From: Azolla caroliniana
Taxonomy: Eukaryota > Plantae > Polypodiophyta
NCBI GenBank assembly: GCA_043228905.1
Contig: JBHGNT010001343.1
Coordinates: 1-9,680 of the forward strand
Direction: 5' to 3'
Length of the DNA: 9,680 bases
Positions 1 through 7,349 of this stretch are shown one piece after another; positions within the stretch are counted from its first letter, which is position 1, and each line of letters opens with the position of its first letter. The position numbers were made by a program, and so were the translations under genes. The notes under the pieces are model-generated. The model made no database searches and was not told the origin of the DNA. It saw only the letters and a program-made list of their open reading frames with translations.

Positions 1-37
1 TCACATTCTCAAAATATTAGATAGCTCTAATAAAATT

Positions 38-53
38 TGTGTGTGTGTGTGTG
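38..53. repeat. (TG)8 microsatellite
   Basis: Directly visible dinucleotide run, continuing as degenerate gcgcatgtgcatg. Confidence 0.9.
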
Positions 54-102
54 CGCATGTGCATGTTTGTGATGTAGTTTCTGGGTTCATGAAATATATC
101 AT

Positions 103-125
103 ACACACACACACTCTCTCTCTCT
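103..125. repeat. compound (AC)n(TC)n microsatellite
   Basis: acacacacacactctctctctct read directly. Confidence 0.9.
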
Positions 126-1291
126 ATCTAACAAACAATTTACTTAAGTCATTGTAGAATATTACTAATAAATTTTCATTTTGAAGAATAAATACAATTT
201 GCTATCATTAATGAGACTTGAAGCAAGTAGAGATTTTACAATATATGAATCTCTCTTTTTCTCGTATGGCTTCATAAGCTGTAATTTTCAAAAGGCCTTC
301 TAAGATAAAGTATCATTTATTCCGAGGTTTCGCGTGCAAGTATTATCCTCATACTAAAGAAAAAGGAGACCTTTATTACATATGAAATGTCCACTAATTT
401 AAAAACTTCAATTAAGGCAAGAAGCGAGAGTACCCTGTCAAATCTTGACAAGGCTTTAAATGTTACTTAATAAGTTTTGGTCCATCTATTTGCACGATTT
501 CTCGAATTATTAAGACACAAATAGGAGCTATAGAAGACCGTAAGGCTTAAGTCTCTCGAATAAGATTGGTCCTTTTTATGATGGTTTGCGAACTACGAAT
601 ATCTTTTTTTCGAAGTTTATTGCAAGCACTAAGTATTGTCATGGTTTCTAGATAACATAGTCCATTTTCTCGTCGTTTTTCATTGGTGACATGAGGGATT
701 TTGCATAGAACCCTTTGACGTCCGTAAAGTAAAAGAATTCAATAAAGAGAGAAATGAGTACCAATGTTGAATGCTCATTAAGAGAATGATGAGGGGGTGG
801 TGTCAATTATTAATCAACTTATAAGAAGCATAAATTTATTTGAATAGCTTGACCTTGCACGACAAAGTGTCATTAATGATCCATAAAGTGAAAAAAACAA
901 TGAAGAGAATAATGTGTTCAATGTTTATTACAAGATTAATGACTACGAAGGTTTCGGTTACTAAACGGCAGATAAGAACAATGAAATGTTTCATCAAGGT
1001 ACTATCAAACAATTCAATTTCATGGGCAACGGTGTTCAATTGATTTTAGTTTTATGTATTTCTACGAAGATCATGAAGATAGGATTGTTTTTCAAGGAAA
1101 CACAACTTGTTAGTAGTCGAGAACATTAAATTGGATGAAGATGGCTATAAATTCGACTACTGAGAGGTGAGTTAGACTCTCTTGTCAATGTTTGAGCCTT
1201 CCATCAACTTAAAATTAGTGTGTGATTCTCTTCCTTGAACACGCCTAGATAGCTAGATTCTTGTGCAAGGTTTGTGTCCTCCATCCTTCTT

Positions 1292-1738
1292 TCATCTGAT
1301 AATTATGTCCCACTAAGGCCACATCTCCAACAAAATAAGAAGTTTATGGTTGTTTGCAATGGTCCTGAATAGAACTCGTCTCATAAGTTATTTTGACATG
1401 AACAATTTCCCCTTTGACCAGAACATAAGTTCATCTCCTTGTTGAATGCCCAACAATCAATTGATGAATATTAAAAACAAATACTCACATGCAACAACTG
1501 TGATAGATTTTATAGGTCATGTTCGATCGTTGTCACTACAGGAAAAGGCAACTAGAGATTGGAACCTTTGAAGGAACAAGGAGGCAAGAAGACAATAGAA
1601 AGGATTGATACAATAGTGAGTGAGTACAATAGATTCAATAGAGCTTGGCAGAAGGACATCACATCTATGACAAACATCAAAGCTAATGCCTTCACACGTG
1701 CACGTGAACGCCAACAACATATGCTTAGGACCTTATAA
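1292..1738 (+). pseudogene. decayed reading frame, possibly a remnant of an endogenous pararetrovirus/retroelement ORF with a Cauli_VI (viroplasmin/RNase H1 N-terminal)-like motif
   Basis: Hand translation of one frame: SSDNYVPLRPHLQQNKKFMVVCNGPE*NSSHKLF*HEQFPL*PEHKFISLLNAQQSIDEY*KQILTCNNCDRFYRSCSIVVTTGKGN*RLEPLKEQGGKKTIERIDTIVSEYNRFNRAWQKDITSMTNIKANAFTRARERQQHMLRTL*. Five internal stops; the last 60 codons are open. Motif resemblance is from memory only. Confidence 0.3.
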
Positions 1739-1740
1739 AG
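1695..1740 (+). promoter_or_regulatory. tandem G-boxes (CACGTGCACGTG, 1695-1706) and TATA-like TTATAAAG (1733-1740)
   Basis: Motifs are directly visible ~27 bp apart; function is inferred. Confidence 0.35.
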
Positions 1741-1859
1741 AGAGAGGCTTCCATAACTCTCTGGCCTCCTTTCTATGTCTTCTCTTTTAATGGCTCATTA
1801 GTGTTTCAATTTGATGAGTCTTAGAAGGGAGAACACACATACATGTATATAACATAAAT

Positions 1860-2141
1860 GGTGAGTAACCGAGGTGGAACTACCAGCCCCCACGCTGGCT
1901 GTTTCTGACTCACTTACCACCCTCAGGAGTTGTCTCGTACTAGCCATCACCGAAGGGCACCGTTTTTAGCTTGGGTACTTACATTAAGTAGTCAGTCCGA
2001 ATGGCGATGTAACTAGTCTCATTTTCTTGAACTTGATTGGAGGGAGATTCCCCGATCTATGTATAAGCCTCCTTGTACAATCTCTTTGTAATAATCCTTC
2101 CTAACTAATGGGAAAGTAACTTCATTTTGGAAATAAAAAAA
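1860..2141 (+). mobile_element. putative SINE or 5'-truncated LINE 3' end with A-rich tail
   Basis: Locally GC-richer ~280-bp segment starting with A-box-like TAACCGAGGTGG (1866-1877) and B-box-like GTTTCTGACTC (1901-1911), ending ttgtaataatcc...AAATAAAAAAA (2131-2141). No target-site duplication found. Confidence 0.35.
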
Positions 2142-2376
2142 CCAACCAAGGCTTCAAATTTCAATGTATGTATCAGTATGTATGCATCTAACTTGTAAGT
2201 ATATATAGTTTTGGGTAGTACTACACATGATTTGCTGGAATGTCCATTGATTGACTCAAATTCTGAGAGGAAGGAAGAGAAAAATTCTGGTCCATGGATT
2301 TGCCAAATCTCTGTTTCTCTCTCTCTGTCTCAGTCTGCTTTAGAGACATTATTATTATTGAAAATAATACACTCTG

Positions 2377-2404
2377 TTCTTCTTCTTCTTCTTCTTCTTC
2401 TTCT
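2377..2404. repeat. (TTC)9 microsatellite in the probable promoter/5' leader of the MAKR-like gene
   Basis: Direct read; explains the poly-S/poly-L/poly-E short ORFs in the ORF track. Confidence 0.9.
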
Positions 2405-2864
2405 GCTGCAGCATTTAAAGCCCACATATATATATGTAATAGCTTTTTAATGGCCTCTCGGTATTTATTTCTGAGAATTGGAAAGCATTTTGTTCAAGGC
2501 TTTTTATTTAATGTGTGTTTTCTTTACATATATGTATATATGTACATATGTATGTATTGTAATTTGTGACTTGTCTTGCAGTTGCAGTGGACGTCCTTTT
2601 CATCCTTCCTTAGTCTCTGTTAATTCAGAAAGCATCGCCATCACACATGAATGAATGAATGCGTGAATACCCCACCCATCTTTCCACCTCATAAAAGCAA
2701 ACCTATTTCAAATCCCTTCCTTCCTTCCTTTCATGGTTTCTATGAAAAAGCATCTTAACACACACAAACACACACACATATATATAGACCCATTTCAGGT
2801 GCTACTTCCTCCATTGCTTCTTCACCATATTTTGTTTTCTTGTAGCAGAGACAGAGCACATCAT

Positions 2865-4124
2865 ATGGAAATCATCCTTGTGAAGGACTTGAATACTAAT
2901 CAATGCTTCAAACAATCCTTTATCTTCTCTTGTAATAATCAGTTGTTCCATCCTCACCCTCATCATTATCAATGTAATTGTGATCAGGATGAGCTGAATC
3001 TCTTCTTGGAAGGCCCAACCTTGGCATCTGCATGGGAATACCGCCACCAGATAAGGCCACCCAAGGATTCATCATATCTACCGGAGATCCATGAGTTTAA
3101 ATTCAGCATACCTTTCTCCGAAGAAATGAGCGATTGTTCGAAAATGGGAGCCCTCGGAAGAAGTGAGCAAGCTCGACCCGTTGGGTTGGGTTATGCGGTA
3201 GACCATAATGCACCTTCTAAGGATCATATATGGGCTCTAGGTATGGAGAGGTTCAAAGCACGGCCTAATGTCCTAATCTCTACAGAGGACTGCAATGGTT
3301 CTCACCCCCAAGAACATGTCTGTGTACAAGAGGCTTGTGCTTCCAAATCATTCATCACTAAGGGAGAGGAGTTGGGAAATACGGTTATAGATGCCAAACA
3401 TGTTACAAATGGCACAAAGTTTGAGCTGGGTTCAGGTAAATCACCATCACCATCATGCAAGAGAAAGTGTGGTGTCAGATTAAGCAATCATGGAGAGAAG
3501 CTGAGAGGAGGACACCATAGATTTCTCATAAGGAGGAAAGGAGGTCTATGCAATGATACCGGAAATCCGAGCGCATTCTATGAATCTCCATCATTCCGCA
3601 AGAGAAAATGTGGTGCACGATTAAGAGATGATGGGGAAGGACGTTCTAAATTTGTCATGAGTCGGGAAGGAAGCTCAGCTCAGCTCATGAAGTATGTGGC
3701 AAGGCTTAAGTCCTTGTTTTCACTCAAAAAGCATCATGAAATACCAAGAAATCCTCTGTTTTCCATTTCACCTGAAGCAGACAATGTTGATGAGGATCAT
3801 CCCACGCCGTCCATTGGAGCATGCTCTCTAGCCTCTTCATCATCCTCATCTTTCTCAAGTTCTTCTCATAAAATCAAGCAAATACCACTGATGTTTGATC
3901 AGACCTTGTTCCGTACAGCATCAAGCAAGAAAAAACATTCCTTCAAATCCCCGAGCAGATATCGAAAAAGAGATGAAGCACAGATTCAACGAGGTCTGAA
4001 TGCTGGGTCCTCATACATCGATGTCGAGGACTCCATCAGAGGAGCCATTGAACATTGCAACAAGTCTTCCTCTACCCAAACAGGTAAATTCCTCATTTGG
4101 GTAACCCTTAAATCCTTTGGGTAG
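2865..4124 (+). CDS. MAKR: BKI1/membrane-associated kinase regulator (MAKR)-like protein; ORF is open from ATG 2733 but ATG 2865 is the more likely start; the last codons may be replaced by splicing at donor 4084
   Basis: Long ORF with MAKR-family hallmarks in the expected order: N-terminal EFxF box (HEFKFS), polybasic clusters, KYxxxxKxL box (MKYVARLKSLF), Ser-rich tract and C-terminal EDSIRGAIEHCNKS (family consensus IxGAIAHCKxS). Codons 2733-2864 are microsatellite-like and contain a strong acceptor (ttttgttttcttgtag, AG 2844-2845). Confidence 0.7.
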   Translation: MEIILVKDLNTNQCFKQSFIFSCNNQLFHPHPHHYQCNCDQDELNLFLEGPTLASAWEYRHQIRPPKDSSYLPEIHEFKFSIPFSEEMSDCSKMGALGRSEQARPVGLGYAVDHNAPSKDHIWALGMERFKARPNVLISTEDCNGSHPQEHVCVQEACASKSFITKGEELGNTVIDAKHVTNGTKFELGSGKSPSPSCKRKCGVRLSNHGEKLRGGHHRFLIRRKGGLCNDTGNPSAFYESPSFRKRKCGARLRDDGEGRSKFVMSREGSSAQLMKYVARLKSLFSLKKHHEIPRNPLFSISPEADNVDEDHPTPSIGACSLASSSSSSFSSSSHKIKQIPLMFDQTLFRTASSKKKHSFKSPSRYRKRDEAQIQRGLNAGSSYIDVEDSIRGAIEHCNKSSSTQTGKFLIWVTLKSFG

Positions 4125-5008
4125 ATGACCATTTGGAATCTGAAGGTGGATGTACGTTGATATTAGATTCAGTTCAAAATTAGCCTGCATCTTTTGGAAG
4201 GTTTATGTTCTGTTTGGAAAATGTAAATGCTGTAAACAGGAAGACACAATTTCATTTTTATTTGATTGAACATGTAAGAAAACATGCTCATACGGCAAAG
4301 AACAACTATTAAAAAGACATCTCATTCTTGGCCCTTCAGCCAGTTAAAGATTTTCATTCAGACACCTTCTGTTGAAGGGGTTTATTAATTCTCCGAATTT
4401 ATAAGACATATAAAAGGAAATAAACCTCGAAGAATAATTGAGTTTTTACAATTTGTACATAGCTTGTAGTTTAGAAGAAATATTCCATAACAGTGTGGTA
4501 GAAATACCAGCGCTTTTGGTGATGGATCCCTGCAGCATTGTGGCTAGAATCTCACATCAGATCTACAACAAAATGGATCCCATATCCACTTATAATGAAG
4601 TTCATCTTTATTCTTGAACTGTTGGAAACCCAACTGGCACTCAGAGTGTGATCCATCACGAGCATCTACAATAGATGATCAGAAAAAGGAAAAACCATTG
4701 GTTAATCATTCCTTATGGAAAAAAATAGCTTAAAATGAAACATCTGGCTCGTAAATGTGGATAGCCCATTTTAAGATCAATGGTAGTTACTCTTAACAAG
4801 AAGAAAGAAGACACCACACCAGCTTATGAACAATTCAATCTGCACAAGCATTTGGGAGGAAATAATTTGAAAGAACTTGTCTATACCTTGGTGTAGGTTT
4901 ATTATTCAGCTTTGTTGAACGTATTTCAGGTACTCAAAGCTCTTACTAGTTTTGTCTTCCCATTTATTTTCCAGCGCCAATAGTCTTATGCATTAGTTTC
5001 AAGCTCAG

Positions 5009-5051
5009 GGCTCTCTTCTAGAATGACCTCTGGCTCTCTTCTTGAATGGCC
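5009..5051. repeat. two-copy tandem duplication, period 23 bp
   Basis: ggctctcttctagaatgacc (5009-5028) vs ggctctcttcttgaatggcc (5032-5051), 18/20 identical. Confidence 0.8.
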
Positions 5052-5291
5052 TGTATGTATGCCATTCTTTTTGTAAGCATCATTGAAGCAAAAAACAAAG
5101 GATGTTTGCTAGGCAGAAGCAAATGTTGATATCGCTGAAAAGAAGCAATACCTAGAGGTATTTGTATGCACCTTTATAAGGTGGAAGTTTGTAACATTGA
5201 CCTGCTGCCCTTATTCCTCCTGTTATAGACCAGAAGAACCATTGGTCTAGATTTCAATGCTCAAAGCATGGTCATTGTAGTGTATGTTTTT

Positions 5292-6048
5292 TTATGTTAG
5301 TAGTCGTGATCTCTGGCTTACATTGACATGTATTCTCCCTGAAACCATATGAAAATCTGTCCTCTGGGAGTTTTTGACTGGGCTGGAGTGGCTGGTACTG
5401 CTTTCAGGATTGCTTGCTGCAGAGGAACCAACGCACGCTTTGGAAAGACCTTGATCTCTATGTTTGAGCTTTACTGAAATGGATTCAGATGCAGGCCAAC
5501 TGTCTTCAGAATCTAGAACATTGACATTGCGACTAGCCATATTGTATGCTTTCTTGTTGGATCTGGCCTCCACACTATTTCCTTGTACAGACATCGGACA
5601 AGGCTGCGAATTTGCTCCAGCTTTTGGTGTGGTAAATTTTCTAGTGGATGAATTAGTACCAAAAGCTTCATTCTTGTTTATTGCCACCCTGTTTCGATCA
5701 TCATTCTTTTCGGAAAGCTTAATACTCCTTCCATCCGAGTGCTTGTTTTCAACAATTGGAAGGTGCTTCTTTTGACTTAATTGAACTCTTGAAAGTGGAC
5801 TTTTTTTTCTAATTCTGAATGCTTCCGTCTTGGGTAGGTGATGGTGGTGTTCACTATCACCACCACCGCCACCTCTTGATGGGGACACATGTCTCTTTCC
5901 AGGATAGGATTTTGCAGAATTTGCTAGCATTCGGAAGACTTTGACAAGTTCTGCCCCAATAATTTTACACTTTTTCTCTGCCATTGTCGCACATTTCAAA
6001 GCTGTTTCTACATTTCCATTGATATGCTGAACTTTTGTGTCAAGTATA
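5292..6048 (-). CDS. coiled-coil protein gene, fifth visible coding exon (end of rod plus basic, Ser-rich disordered tail); ends either at stop 5292-5294 or at donor after 5322
   Basis: Acceptor attgcag at 6049-6055; phase-2 join CG+T gives R-ILDTKVQHINGNVETALKC, in frame with the 5292..5999 ORF; candidate donor GTAAGC at 5321-5316. Confidence 0.8.
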
Positions 6049-6298
6049 CTGCAATCAAATATATCCGATGTTTAAATAAGCAGACATTAATCGACTCACA
6101 TAATGCAACAACCTTTAACATAAGACTGACTTCATTAAAACCAGATCTCTGAGTTTTATTATGTAAGAAAAATTGCATGAGCAAATTTGCTGGTTTATGG
6201 TTTGTTTCACCTCACCACGTGATCCTTTTCTTTCTATAAGACAAACTAATACAATTTCAAAGTTATTATAGTTATCAAGCAATGTTTTCACAACCTAC

Positions 6299-6739
6299 CG
6301 AAGATTTGTATAAGTGGCTGATGCAACGTGCTCGATACGGCTCTCAACTATAATTATCCTTGTGTCAACAGACATTCCAACCCCCTTTTCCCTTGTATCC
6401 AAGTTAGTTAAACTCCTGTTTGCTTCTAGTGGCGACCATCTGCCTTCATCTGAATTTATTTTTGTTGACATATGTTTGTAGTAGCTTACAAAGGGATCTT
6501 TATCAACTAATTCGGATAATCTTTTCTCAATGTTCACATCATGCGTGCTTGATGTTTCGAGCATTCCTAGTCTAGTCTCAACTTCATTCAAAACCCTTGC
6601 AGCTGTATCATACTTCGGAACCCATTCTGCAACAGATTTCTCTAATCCTTCCATCTTATCCAAAAATTCATCAAGCTTACTAGATAAATCTAGTTGTGAT
6701 CCTTCCAAGCTCAGAACCTTTTTATACATATCATCACAT
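6299..6739 (-). CDS. coiled-coil protein gene, fourth visible coding exon (441 nt)
   Basis: Acceptor tttgatcag (AG at 6741-6740), donor GTAGGT (6298-6293); phase 2/2, in frame with ORF 6295..6840 and both neighbouring exons; heptad-like sequence. Confidence 0.88.
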
Positions 6740-7349
6740 CTGATCAAACAAATGACAAATATGATAAGAAAAATGATATGCTGGAAAATTTTGGTAGTTA
6801 TGAGTGAATACAGAAAATGATTTTGAAGAGGTATTGTCAAGATATATGCTATATTTCTGATCCAACTGTTGCTATATTTCTTCTAATGCTTTATGAAAAT
6901 TTGGAATAATGGTTTAAAAGCCTAATAAAGGTTCCTATGTTAACTCATAGTAGGATTGCTCAATGAGGTGCTCTTAAGTATCACAGTAACTGCTTCCAGA
7001 GAAATTTATAGATCTAGTATGTTGAGTTGATGGATATGTGATATGTGCTCATATAAGGCCTTGTTTAGGACTCAATATAAGGCTAGAGATAGTAGGACAA
7101 GCCTTCATATTGGTTCCTAATCAAGGTTATGTTTGTGAACTTAACAATATGGACATCTATCTGCATATCTTTGAGATTCATAAATTGTAGGCTCATGCTA
7201 GATGCAATTCTTTCTCAAATGTTAAGTGAATGAATGATGTTCTGAATGGCACAGTTAACAGAATGATGCCATGGCCATGAAAACTAGAAAACGAAGCATA
7301 ATCAAAGAGAAGACAATGAATCTCATTTTATGTGCTGAGAATGATATAC

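Noticed and set aside
287-803. LTR-retrotransposon remnant: HLFRGFACKYYPHTKEK (Copia integrase-tail-like), SWFLDNIVHF/FIGD (Gypsy GPY/F-like) and PPT-like gagggggtgg+TGT at 791-803
   Set aside because: The motifs are weak, point to two different superfamilies, no second LTR or RT motif is visible, and the retained CpGs are unexpected for an old TE; not supportable without a profile search.
836-1043. Overlapping 67-aa ORFs on both strands
   Set aside because: Short, no recognisable motif or splice support; expected by chance.
1517-1720. 67-aa minus-strand ORF
   Set aside because: Antisense shadow of the more protein-like plus frame; no motif.
1860-1919. Functional tRNA gene
   Set aside because: Only ~60 nt, no T-arm, 6-nt anticodon-like loop; kept only as a possible SINE head.
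2211-2569. Poly-Leu, poly-Glu and poly-Ser short ORFs
   Set aside because: By-products of the (TTC)9 and TA/CT microsatellites.
2802-3487. Minus-strand ORFs 2802..3047 and 3302..3487
   Set aside because: Antisense shadows of the MAKR-like CDS.
6740-6840. Hydrophobic N-terminus (IIFLIIFVICLI) of ORF 6295..6840 as a signal or TM segment
   Set aside because: It is the U-rich intron tract upstream of the acceptor at 6740.
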